Origin: Eremomyces bilateralis CBS 781.70
Lineage: Eukaryota
Strand: one strand, 5' to 3'
Length of the DNA stretch: 64,000 bases
NCBI GenBank assembly: GCA_010015585.1
Contig: ML975180.1
Shown: positions 34,497-46,162 of the stretch, piece by piece
Numbering within the stretch: the first letter of the stretch is position 1
Layout of the letters: every line of letters starts with the position of its first letter
Notes under the pieces: generated by a model
What the model was told of the DNA's origin: nothing
What the model saw: the letters and a program-made list of their open reading frames with translations, nothing else
The model's database searches: none
Translations under genes and position numbers: made by a program

Positions 34497-35033
34497 ATGG
34501 CGGCCAATGGAGCACAGCCGAGCATATGGGTTTCTATGAATTATGTTCCACCTCGAGGGTCATGCCAACACAAGTCTGGAATGATGGCCTCAAAATGTCC
34601 TTGCATGAGGTTTATGATACATCCCTTGAAGGTGAGTCGAGATCCGGAAGCCAAGTCTTCTTAGTACGCTAATCCCCCTCTCCAGGTCGCCACATCTTTC
34701 GAATGCGATGGCTGCAACCACCACGCATCCTTCCACAGCATGGAGAACAAGGAGGAGGACGAAATCGTGAAGCGGTGGCGCGTGCAGGAGGCGGATGAAG
34801 CATCGCAAGCCACCGGGAATAAACGAAAGCGACCGCGCAATCAGATCGAGTTTCAGAGCGCTTCGGGGGCGCTCAACGACAAGATGGACCTCGGGGGCGA
34901 CACCCAAGTACGCGAGTTTGTTCCCGCTCCTAGCACGCGACGGACGAGAGGCAAAGCTGCGAAGCGGACGGCGCCGGTACCGGGTAGTGGCGATGCTGGC
35001 TACAAGGTTTATGAAATCTTGGACGAAGAATAA
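34497..35033 (+). CDS. Small hypothetical protein with Cys/His zinc-finger-like motif; intron 34632-34685
   Basis: Splicing GTGAGT..CTAAT..TCCAG joins ...RGSCQHKSGMMASKCPCMRFMIHPLK to VATSFECDGCNHHASFHSMENKEE... in frame. KRKRPR is NLS-like. The start could be 34488. Confidence 0.72.
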
Positions 35034-36091
35034 GGACATTAGCGAAGCAGTACGCGGTAGTAGAAAAGGGATGTCGCCTAGGCAAAGCTGGGGAGGTAGT
35101 TGATGGCGAAGACGGGTCAAGGGTTTGGCATTGCAACTAATCGAAGCCTCCTACTTATTGATAACAGATAAAGGGATAAGATTGTAAGATATCGATGGGA
35201 ATAGAGGAGTAAGCCACCCTCAACCAGTAACTAGCAGTTATTGACGTTCAGTTAGGGTCTCGCAGCAGAATTCGACAACACAATGTGGGACTGATGGAGA
35301 GATGACAAGTATGTATGAGAAGATCGGCAAGAACTCGATCTGCCTTGATTCAAAGTTACTGTATGATCCGATATGGAAGAGTTTCTCTGCCATTTTGTTG
35401 GTGGTCAGCTCCGGCGAGGTGGGAGCAGCCCTCAGGAGGCGAAAGGATTGAGAAGACCTTGTCTCGGACTAGCACATAGGCGATAAATCTACCATAGCTA
35501 TTCCAACGAAATACAAATGTTAAACGGACTCCATTGCAATCAGGAGCCTTCGCCATTAGTCTCGTCAGCTGCAGTCTCAGATTCAACTCGCATACGCGAA
35601 CTGCCAGCATCTATGCGCGATCGTACGGACGTCTAGCATCCATCTAAGGGATATTAGTCCACACGAAATCGTCTATATCTTCAGAGTAACAACCTCAGCC
35701 GTCAACGCCAATATCCCAAGCAACCGGCGGTCCACAATCGTCCGTCATAGCGAACGACCCGTCGTCAGATATCTCTTCAGCCATTCGAGCGGATGCTAAC
35801 AACCGACTAGGTGCATTCGTTTTTGAAACCGACTCGTGAAACCAAGCGAAGAGTTCGGTGTCCCACTGGTATTCCGGAGCTAGATGCACTGCTATAATCC
35901 TCCAGTCGAATCGCTTCCGCTGCATACTGGAGTTCGGGGTAGGCCTTCCTTCGTATCACATATTTCATGGATTCGAACCCACTCTCCACCAGTTGCATAT
36001 GCTCTTGAGGCTGACGGTCAGACCAGATTAGGCGACAGAGTAGGGTAAGCTACTATACGGTTGCTTTATTCTGCAAGAACTGTTGACCACC

Positions 36092-36776
36092 TCAATCCAA
36101 ATCCATCGCATCGGGGTCGTCTCCTGCTTGCTCTGCTTGCTCTGCTTGCGAAGAGGTCCCTAAGTCCTGTGGCGCCATGTCGTTGCTGGCTGCCTCCTCC
36201 TTCTTCGCTTGTTCCTCGTGGATCCGCCGTCGTGCCTCGAGGATCGCCTTCCTCACGCTATCCGTCTCCTGCGGCACCGACAGCGATCGAGGGATGGTAT
36301 AAGGTATCAATTGATTATTCGCATTGCTTTGGAGCTCCGCACCTTTCAGCAGATGCCGGGGGAGTTTGGAGAGGTGTTTCTCGATGTCGGGGATGAAGAT
36401 GCGGCGGTCCTCGTCGGGCTCGGGCTCGGGCTCGGCAAGTTCGGCGTCAAGATCGTAGATGTAGACTTTATGCTTTGTGTCCTCTACCTGCATCCGATCA
36501 TCGTCGGGTCGAGACCGGGTTGGTTTCTTTGGGGAGAGGTTGTTTGGGGAGACATCGTTCTGTCGGACGCCATCGGCACTGGCCGGAATGTATAGCTTGC
36601 TATTGGGATCTAGAGGCGGAATTAGATTCGAACCAGGAGAGACATGATTGATATATCGGGAACAACCTACCAATATCCAGTAGATTGAATCTTTTGACAA
36701 AGCGTTGCTCATCCTCAATAGAGTTGTCGCCACGCCTCTTGGTGCCATGCGGGGCCTCCATCGTCATCGTCAACAT
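36092..36776 (-). CDS. Conserved fungal hypothetical protein, 2 exons
   Basis: Exon 1 (MEAPHGTKRR...KRFNLLDI) is followed by a GTAGGT intron, then DPNSKLYIP...MQVEDTKHKVYIYDLDAEL...IFIPDIEK...SLSVP..DSVRKAILEARRR...DAMDLD. Confidence 0.72.
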
Positions 36777-36985
36777 TGCCACCCATGCAAAATCTCAACT
36801 GTCCAGAAACATAACTCGAGATAGGTAAAGCTCTTATCAATCGAAGCAATTGACCAGTGTCGTGTGTTCGCGTCGCAAGGAAACGCCTTTTGAGAGCCAA
36901 TCCCTGGTGGCGACTGGGGGAGCTGAGCTTATTTGAATGTGTTCCAGAGGCCTCCAAGTTCTCCATCGACGGTTCGACCAAATTC

Positions 36986-36992
36986 TGAGTCA
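36986..36992. promoter_or_regulatory. Putative Gcn4/CPC-1 (CpcA) binding site TGAGTCA upstream of ALA1
   Basis: Exact TGA(C/G)TCA about 160 bp upstream of the cytosolic ATG. Aminoacyl-tRNA synthetases are typical cross-pathway-control targets, but a 7-mer can occur by chance. Confidence 0.45.
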
Positions 36993-37149
36993 CGACGGCG
37001 CATTTCTAGGCCTTTCTACTCCAAATTTCCGCCGCCTATCTCCATTATCGGCTCGGCGCGATTTGTTTATTTCGTCAACACCGCTGACACATCGCCCTCG
37101 TTCGACAAGAATTCATTCTGCCCCACGGTTGCCGTGCATTCCGCGCAGT

Positions 37150-40100
37150 ATGGCTTCAATAGTCGATGAGCAGCCAAAATGGTCTGCACCCCATGTGCGG
37201 AACACATTCCTGGAGTTTTTCAAGAAGAGGGGACATACATTCGGTACGTGATCAAGAAGTCATTCATTGTCAGGCTATAGCTAACTCGAGTCAGTTCCCT
37301 CTTCGTCGGTTGTCCCTCTATCGGATCCAACACTCCTCTTCACCAATGCGGGAATGAACCAGTACAAGTCAATATTCCTTGGCACAGTCGATCCGCAATC
37401 CGATTTCGCCCAATTGAAAAGCGCGGTCAACTCGCAGAAGGTACGCTCGTTTTGGATGGTGGAAGACTTTGAACTGACCAGATCCATAGTGCATTCGTGC
37501 GGGTGGCAAGCACAATGTGAGTGATAGATGAGCGAAGGGGAGGCGGAGGCGAAGGCTAACGTGCAAAGGATCTCGACGATGTTGGGAAAGACAGCTACCA
37601 TCATGTATGTGATCCTTACTAGGCCAAGATCATCTACTTACCGTGATAGACGTTCTTCGAGATGATGGGCAATTGGAGTTTCGGGGACTACTTCAAGAAG
37701 GAAACTATCCAATACTCCTGGGAGCTCCTGACCAAGGAATTCGGTCTGGATCCCGACCGAATATACGTGACCTACTTCGAGGGAGACCCTGAAAGTGGCC
37801 TCGAACCGGACCTGGAGGCTCGAGACCTGTGGAAAGCCGTTGGCGTTTCCGACGACCATATCCTCCCCGGAGACATGAAGGACAACTTCTGGGAGATGGG
37901 CGACCAAGGCCCTTGCGGGCCCTGCAGTGAGCTACACTACGACCGACTAGGCGGTCGAAACGCTGCCCATCTCGTCAACCAGGATGACCCGAACGTGCTC
38001 GAGATCTGGAACAACGTGTTCATTCAGTACAATCGTGAGGCAGATAAGTCCCTGCGACCGCTACCAAATAAGCATATCGACACGGGCTTGGGTTTCGAGC
38101 GCCTGGTATCCATATTGCAGAACAAAATGTCAAATTACGACACCGACGTTTTCACCCCGATCTTCAAGGCCATCCAAGAGGTTACCGGGGCGAGGGAATA
38201 CCGTGGCAAGTTTGCGGAGGAGGATCCAGACGGAATTGACACCGCATACCGAGTCGTCGCTGACCATCTGCGGCTGCTTACCTTCGCCATTTCCGATGGT
38301 GGCGTTCCGAACAACGTCGGCCGTGGCTATGTGGTTCGACGCGTCCTTCGCCGCGGAGCTCGATACGCTCGCAAGTACTTCGACGTCGAGATCGGCAGCT
38401 TCTTCTCCAAGCTCGTCCCTAAGCTCGTGGAGCAAATGGGAGACATGTTCCCGGAGATCCGGAAGAAGCAGCAGGAGGTCATGGAGATCCTGGACGAGGA
38501 GGAGGAATCGTTCTCACGGAGCTTGGATCGCGGCGAGCACATGTTCGAGAAATACGCGCAAGATTGCAAGCTGAGGGACACCAAGAACCTTCCCGGTACG
38601 GACGTGTGGCGCTTGTACGATACGTACGGGTTCCCGGTGGACCTAACGAGGATCATGGCCGAGGAGCGGGGCTTGATCATCAATGACAAAGAGGTCGAAG
38701 AAGCCCAGGCCAAAGCCAAGGAGGCAAGCAAGAGCGAGAAGAAGGCGGCGGTCGGTCTGGTGAAGCTCGATGTGCACGATCTCGGGGCGCTAGAAATGAT
38801 GAACGACGTTCCCAAGACCGATGACTCTGCCAAATTCGCCAAAGGCAACATCACCTCGGAAATCAAGGCACTCTACCACTCGAAGCTATTCGTGAAATCC
38901 ACTGGCGAAATTCCCGAAGGCGATCAATTCGGAATTTTGCTGGACCGGACGAACTTCTATGCGGAGCAAGGTGGACAGGAGTATGACACCGGAAGCATTA
39001 TCATCGACGGCGTGGCCGAGATGGAGGTGCAGAATGTCCAGGTGTACGCCGGCTACGTCCTCCACACGGGCTACCTGAAATATGGTACCCTCTCCGTCGG
39101 CGACGCGGTCATCTCCATGTACAACGAAGAACGTCGTCACCCAATCAAGAACAACCACACTGGCACCCACATCCTCAACTTCGCCCTGCGCGAGACCCTT
39201 GGCGGCGAGATCGACCAGAAGGGCTCGCTGGTGGCGCCGGAGAAACTCCGCTTCGACTTCTCATACAAGTCCGCCGTGACCGACCAGCAGCTCCGCGCGA
39301 TCGAGGACCTCTGCACGAAGTACATCCGCGCCAACAACCCCGTGTACTCCAAAGACGTACCCCTCGCCACCGCCCGCGAGATCAACGGCGTCCGCGCCGT
39401 GTTCGGCGAGACGTATCCCGATCCGGTGCGCGTGGTTAGCGTGGGCGTGTCGGTGGAGGAGCTGCTCCGGGACGTCAAGAACGAGAAATGGCACGAGGTC
39501 AGCGTCGAGTTCTGCGGCGGCACGCACGTCGACAAGACCGGCGATATCAAGGAGCTGATCATCCTCGAGGAGAGCGGCATCGCCAAGGGGATCCGCCGCA
39601 TCGTGGCAGTGACGGGCCAGGATGCGATCACCGTGCAAGAAGACGCGAAGGCGTTTGACGAGCGCCTCGCGCGCCTCGAGCGCACATCGTACAGCGCGGA
39701 GAAAGACGCCGAGATGAAGAAAGTACAGTTCGACCTCGGCGCGCTCGCGGTGAGCCTCCTGACCAAGCGAACCTTCGCCAAGCGCATCGAAACATTAGTC
39801 AAAGACGCGAACAAGGAGAAGACGAAGCTGGAGAAGGAACTGAGCACGAAGGTGCTCGAGGTGGTTAAGGCGCAGCTCGCGAAGGACACGAGCCCCTTCG
39901 CGGTGGTGAAGATCCCGTACAAGACCACGGCGAAGACGATCAGCGAGGCACTAAAGTTCCTGCAAAATAAGGAGAAGGGCCGTATGGTGTATCTCATCGG
40001 TGCGGATAGCGGGGAGGGGAGAGTCGCGCATGGGTCCTATGTGCCCGAGGTACGCATCGTGGTCGATCGCGGAGTCACATCGCTAACGGTCTACAGGCTT

Positions 40101-40270
40101 TCAGCTCCAAGGGCGCATCCGCGAGCGAGTGGTCGAATGCCGTTACGGCGGCGGTGGGAGGGAAGGCGGGCGGGAAAGGGGCTACGGCGTTTGGGCAGGG
40201 GACCAACGTTGACAAGATCGACGACGGCGTCGAGCTCGCCACCAAGTATTTGGAGAAGTTCAAGATCTGA
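37150..40270 (+). CDS. ALA1: Alanyl-tRNA synthetase, 6 exons; in-frame upstream ATG at 36937
   Basis: [67 protein letters not shown], editing motifs NHTGTH and EFCGGTH, and a C-terminal GGKAGG. Confidence 0.97.
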
Positions 40271-40350
40271 TGTATTCTATTCAGATGAGGGACTAGCTTC
40301 CCGTGTACGCAATATACTGCTTGATGCAGATTATGTCAAGAGCTGCAATG

Positions 40351-41125
40351 CTAACCGCTCTCTTGGCGTATGTCTACCGCCAGGAGTAGCCCGAAGAGCA
40401 TCACTGTAAGCTACCGCTCACGTTAGCATTGACCATTCCATCCGTCTCTCAAAACGTACCCCCATCACCAACGCCATGATGCTATACACTTCAAACCCGC
40501 CCGCATGAACCTTCCCCCTCGCCATCGCATGCTGCTGCCTGTAGAACCGCACCGCCCCAAGGAGCGTCACCACAATCGCTGCGGCGATGAAGATGGACGA
40601 GATCGGAATCGCTAGCCGGTAGTACCCCAACGATCGATCCGGATCGGGCGTGTTCTGCAACCGAAATAGCTGGGCTACGATCACCCCGATCATGGAGAGC
40701 AGGATGGCCGCCCGGACATAGCCCAGGAACGTGCGCTCGAGTGCTGTGTGTAGGATATTATCAGTCACTCAACGTGATATATCGTCGGCATGGTTTGGCC
40801 CCAAGTGCACTTAAACGCGCGGGAATGGACATGCTCGGCTTCCAGACGCCAATTTCTTACCTAGATGATCGCGCTTCGACGTCGCCGGCACCACCAGCGA
40901 GATCTGATGCCGCCAGAACTTTCGGACAGGCTCACCCCATCGTCGTTGCGAGCCGGTCGATCGGGTCCTCGATAAAGCGGGTGAATTGCTCGAGACGCCA
41001 TGCTCCTCAGTCGCAGGGGCCGTCCAGGAGACGCGGGAGGTTTGCCGCTGGAACGAGGAGGGGACAGTGGATAGGTGGATGGAAGGGGGAGACGAGGGAG
41101 TTTGGTCTGGTGGGGGGTCGGGCAT
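40351..41125 (-). CDS. DUF202 (YidH-like) membrane protein, 3 exons
   Basis: [11 protein letters not shown]...[15 protein letters not shown]...AQLFRL followed by three hydrophobic segments. Last exon is [19 protein letters not shown]. Confidence 0.82.
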
Positions 41126-41424
41126 GATTGCTTTTTATCGTGGATCATGCATGGCGGGGAGATGATGAAGAGTAAGGCAAGCGGCGGTTTTTGGCCTCAT
41201 AGTTTTTGAGCGGTTACCTTTTATAGGACTTGACCGAATTGAAGTGTAGGGCATTCACATTTTGTATGGTTCATATGGACCTAGCACTGCACGATGACCT
41301 GATGGTGGTGATGGATGTTGGAAGTTGGAAGTATCCGGTAATATTCAGTTCATTTGTTTGCTCAGTTCGGAATCGGAATGTGCTGCCTCGAAACCTGAGG
41401 CAGGCAACCAGTTTAGTACAGTAA

Positions 41425-41431
41425 TTAGTAA
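41425..41431. promoter_or_regulatory. Putative Yap1/AP-1 response element (TTAGTAA = reverse complement of TTACTAA) upstream of TRR1
   Basis: Exact motif about 0.8-0.95 kb upstream of thioredoxin reductase, a canonical Yap1 target. Single short motif only. Confidence 0.35.
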
Positions 41432-42387
41432 GACAAGGACAGGTGCAGATGCAGCCATGCAGGCTTCAGCAAGATATTATTACTGGACATTCATAATAAT
41501 ACCAAATATCTAATATCAAATATCAAATACCATTTGCTTAGATGACCAAGCCGATTCATTCTTCAATAACCGGCATGATAGGTAGATTATGGGGGGTTAG
41601 ACCGTGCAGGCAAAGAACCCGATCTAGGTCGCCGAGTTGGTCAGCCACCGACGAGAAAACTTACCGACGCAACTCCGCAACTCGGATGCTCAATTCGGGG
41701 TCTCGGGCATCAAGAATGAGCAATCAGATTGGCATTTCTCGTGGATGGCCCAGTTATCTTTTAGACGGCGTGGAGGTGGCCAGAAGCCGGCGCCTGGATT
41801 AAGAATTCGAGCAAGACGATCTGGATTCTGATACATCTGATGCCCAGGGAGTCGCCGAAGCTCCATACCTAGACCACAGTACAAGTGCATCTTAGAAATC
41901 ATCATTCCCACTGTTGCATCTGGATCATCTCAAATAGGTACTTAATTCTATGCATCGTCTCTCTTAGAACCTTCCAATCTGATCTGGTCTCAATCTTCGA
42001 CCTTACCATCTTACATCATCACCGAATCTAAGCCCACCTGCCCACGGTCCCGCCCATTAGTCTATCTCTCAATCTTCCGCGTCCCGCTTCCCACTGGGCA
42101 AAATCTCCCTCATCAACCCCCATCGACGTATATCTCGAGCCGCATAAGTTGAACCCATCGCCGATTTTCTTCTCCTGGACCCCCGACACATTGCCCACTC
42201 ACCCGATCCTCCCCGCGTCGCCAAACTGTTTTCCTTCACCTTCCGTCGAGCCTTCACCTCCCCGCTTCGCGCATCCATCTCCGTACCCATCGCCGCCGCC
42301 GCCCTCTCCCAACCGAAGCCAGCCCCCGCAGCTTTTTCGCCGGCGACCTCGACGTTTGGAAACTCGGCCGTCCGAGGAACGAGGAAC

Positions 42388-43742
42388 ATGCATTCGAAAC
42401 TCATCAGTAAGTCCTGCGGAAACCATATCGCCCCGCTGAAGCATCCATACTGACCCTGCTGTAGTCATCGGGTAAGCCTTTTTTGCGACCACCACTACAC
42501 CGTCGAGACATACTAACATGGACCTTGAAGCTCCGGCCCTGCTGGCCACACCGCAGCTATATACGCCGCTCGAGCAGACCTAAAACGTATGTCGCGCATG
42601 TCTCTGAAATTTTCGACGGTGGGGCTAACCTAGCGTCAGCGGTCATGTACGAGGGATTCATGGCCCTCGGGATCGCGGCCGGCGGGCAATTGACCACCAC
42701 CGACGAGGTTGAGAACTTCCCTGGGTTCCTGAAGATCGGCGGGGCGCAATTGATGGTAAGCGGGAATATGAGGGAGGTCAAGCGCGTGAACCTCATGCTG
42801 ACGGTGTCCCAGGACCAAATGCGCACCCAATCCGAAGAAGCCGGTACCGAAATCGTCTCCCAAACCGTCGCGAAGATCGACCTCAAGTCCAAACCCTTCC
42901 GCTACTGGCTCCACCCCATGGGGGACGACGACACGATCGAGGACGAAGAACACACCACTGACGCCGTCATCGTGGCTACCGGCGCTAAAGCCCGCCGCCT
43001 CGACCTCCCGGGCGAGGACAAATACTGGGGCTACGGCGTCAGCGCGTGCGCGGTGTGCGACGGCTCCCTCCCGATGTTCCGCGAGAAGCCTCTCGTCGTG
43101 ATTGGCGGCGGCGATTCCGCCGTCGAGGAGGCCATCTACCTGACGAAGAAGGCGAGCAAGGTGTACGTGCTGGTGCGGCGGGATCAGCTGCGGGCGTCGC
43201 GCGCGAACGCGCGCCGGCTGGCAGGAAACCCGAAGGTCGAGGTGCGGTATAACACGTCGGCCACGCGGATTGTGGGCGACGAGAAGACGAATGGGCTGAT
43301 GACGGGGCTGAGGGTGAGGAATAAGGAGACCGGGAAGGAGGAGGAGTTGACGGCGAGCGGACTGTTCTACGCCGTGGGACACGATCCGGCCACCGCGCTG
43401 TTCAAAGGGCAGTTGGACATGGATGAAGACGGGTATCTCACCACGCAGCCGGGGACAGGCCACACGAATGTGGAAGGCGTGTTCGCGGCCGGCGACGTGC
43501 AAGACAAAAAATATCGGCAAGCCGTGACAAGCGCGGGTGGGTTCCCTGACCTGATTTGAACCCTATGACGTGATGCTAACAGCTGCGCAATAGGTTCCGG
43601 CTGCATCGCCGCCCTCGAAGCCGAGAAATACCTCACCGAGATGGACGACACGGTGGAGAACGACCTCGACAAGGAGAACCAGGCCGAGAAGTCCCAGACC
43701 AACGGCGTCGTCCCGGAATACCGCTCGAACCCGTTGCTGTAG
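42388..43742 (+). CDS. TRR1: Thioredoxin reductase (low-MW type), 6 exons including a 7-nt microexon; probable CUG-initiated longer isoform from 42226
   Basis: Spliced [87 protein letters not shown]. Confidence 0.96.
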
Positions 43743-44193
43743 ATCGCGGATCCCCCCTGCGGATACACCCGCCCCTCAATCATCGGCCCGCTCCGCACGT
43801 CAAACCTGCATTATAGATAGATTTGGATTGGATCGGCATCGTTGAGCGCTCCGGGATAAATTAGGGACAATGTTCGAGTATTGCATGTGTCAAGCTTGGA
43901 TTTATTGACAGTGTGGCGGCGGACCCCGCCTGGTATAGAACTCCCGCGGCAAAGCTAGTCATACAATGTGAATTATACAGTGTCTTTGTTCTCGGCGCAG
44001 GTCACCGACCCATGCCAACCATTATGATCGTACACCTCATAAATCCCTAATCATGCTGCGAATGCTGCATTGAGCGACATTGGGCCCTTGTGAAGAGTCG
44101 AGTTCGCAATGGCATACCTCTCTTGGGAGGACGTACTCCACCGGATGGCTAGGGGTAACTTTTCGGTAGCTAAAGTAGCGGTATTCGGCAACT

Positions 44194-44884
44194 TCAAGAG
44201 CCTTCCAGGAGCTTAAGCGCGCTCTGAAACGCTTCGACAACGCGCAAGTCTAGCCGATGATGTTAGCAAGCCTCTCCCTTCATCATAACCTCGCAACGAC
44301 TGACAATGTTGCCTCTTCAGATCCAGGTTCTGCTCCGAATTTTGCACGTGATACACCCGAGTTTTCAACCTACGGTCATCAGTAAGCAAAACTCCCAGTG
44401 ATGGCGATCTCGCAGCGACGACAAACCGTTTGCTCGCCCTCTCCACTTCAGCGCCACTGCTGGTCCGCGCCCAAACCGCGAAGTACGCCATCAATCTCTC
44501 CCACTCCTCCTTCAACTGGCCCTCCCTCTGCTCGAACTCCTCCACCATGTCCAGATGTCGCCGCGCCAGGTCCTCCCACGGAAACGCCTCGATCGCCTCC
44601 CCCGGCTCGCCCATCGCCTTCGCGGGCAGAGGTGCCTCGCGCCGTTTCTGCGGCGTGATCCCCGATGCGTCGCCGGGGGTGTTCGCTTGGTTCGGGGAAA
44701 ACAATCCGGCGCGGATGATTGAGTTCAGCCCTTCGTGAGGTTGGCCGGGGATCGGTGGACTAGAGTGGATGCGACGTGGCTGGGGCGTCGATTGGACTTT
44801 GAGATGGGTGGACGCGCGGTTGCCGTCTCCGGAGCTTGGAGGACGGGAATCGGGCTTCTGGGAGTCGGAGCTTGTGGCGGGCAT
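44194..44884 (-). CDS. Conserved fungal hypothetical coiled-coil protein, 3 exons; start uncertain (ORF open to 45148)
   Basis: FPWEDLARRH...FAVWARTSSGAEVERASKR|LKTRVYHVQNSEQNLDLKRQH|..VVEAFQSALKLLEGS* after removing two GT-AG introns. Confidence 0.68.
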
Positions 44885-46162
44885 CGTGCTACGGTCGCGA
44901 TTGGGGGTACGGTCGGTCTCTGGGAGGTCGCGCTCCGGCGTAGGCGAGCGGTCGGGAGCGCTGGCGATGGAATCCGATGCGGCGGAGAACTGAGAGGGAC
45001 TTGAAGCATGCAGATCTGACGTTAATGGAAGAGAGGAGATGAGGTGGGGTTGATCGGTTAGTGCTGGAGAAGAAGGTTGAGCGGCTGGAGTAATGCTGAT
45101 TTGATTAGTTGAAAAGGTGATGGTATTATCGGGATGTGTCGAAAACATGGACTGGAGTTGAAGCTATTCACTTCGCTAGGGAGCTTTGAAGATTGAGCGT
45201 GCCGAATCCGACCATTTTCATGCTTGATCTACTCAGAGCAGAGTTTTACAATTTCTACATGCCCGTACACATGAGGTTACACGTATTATCGCATTCATTC
45301 TGGCATGAAGTTGGAGAGAAGATTTGGCAGTGACGATATGCTGCCATACGATCGCACTTGCCTCGTTGCCTTAGGCAACACCGTGCCGCAGCCGCCCAGC
45401 CACTCGCCGACCAGCAGGTACAACTTGTATGTACTGTGCGACTTACGAGGAGGAAGGTCCGGAGTTCGGCCCGGAAGTTTATCCGATGAGCCCTGATCCC
45501 GTCAGTTCTCAGGGGCTGGGGTTGGCACTTTGCACACGCATCGTTCACCCAACAACACCTCACTGCCACGGGCTGCCACCAGATTGCCTTCGTATTCTCT
45601 GCAGCTTATGGCAATATGATGATTCTACTCCCGATTGGACGCGGGATGTTAACCTGGCCTCTTGGGGTTTCGCTCGCATACGGAAGCCGGAAACCCCAAT
45701 TCCACCATGCGGCTCAGCAATGGGAAGACATATCTAGGCCATCAACTATCCTGGTCTCAGACGCCCCCGAAACACAGACGACATGCAGGCGGAATTGAAT
45801 GGAGGATGTGGTTGGGGGAATAACCACGGTACCCCGTCCAACAATTTGGTGGCGATTTCGCTCCATCTGCCTATTGGTAGCTTAGCACGTTGGGAAATCC
45901 AGTAAACCGGTACCGACTTGATTCTAGGATGCTTCACTCAAGAAAGGCCGTTGGGGCTTCGGAAGTACAGGTACCTATATGAAGTGTAAACAAAAGTTCA
46001 ACTCATCATGTGTGAGGTCGTTTACAATATGCATGGGTCTTCAGAACGGTAGCGCATTCAAGCCTTTCATCGTTATTGTCGTTTGGTCGGGTTTTGCTTT
46101 CATTATGTGGACAGGCCAAGTCCTGCCTTCTCCTGACCTCATCAGGCTCATCATGTCCCTTT

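Noticed and set aside
35356..36000. Short minus-strand ORFs between two hypothetical genes
   Set aside because: No recognisable domain and no consistent gene model.
39137..39997. Long antisense ORFs opposite ALA1 (likewise opposite TRR1, the SDR and NCL1)
   Set aside because: Expected shadow ORFs of GC-rich, codon-biased genes.
3871..43742. Idea of a redox or secondary-metabolite cluster (SDR, SOD, P450, ACAD, TRR1)
   Set aside because: The genes are dispersed among housekeeping genes, and there is no backbone synthase or pathway regulator.
45305..45937. 60-100 aa ORFs left of the transposon
   Set aside because: No motif, codon bias or splice structure that I can support.
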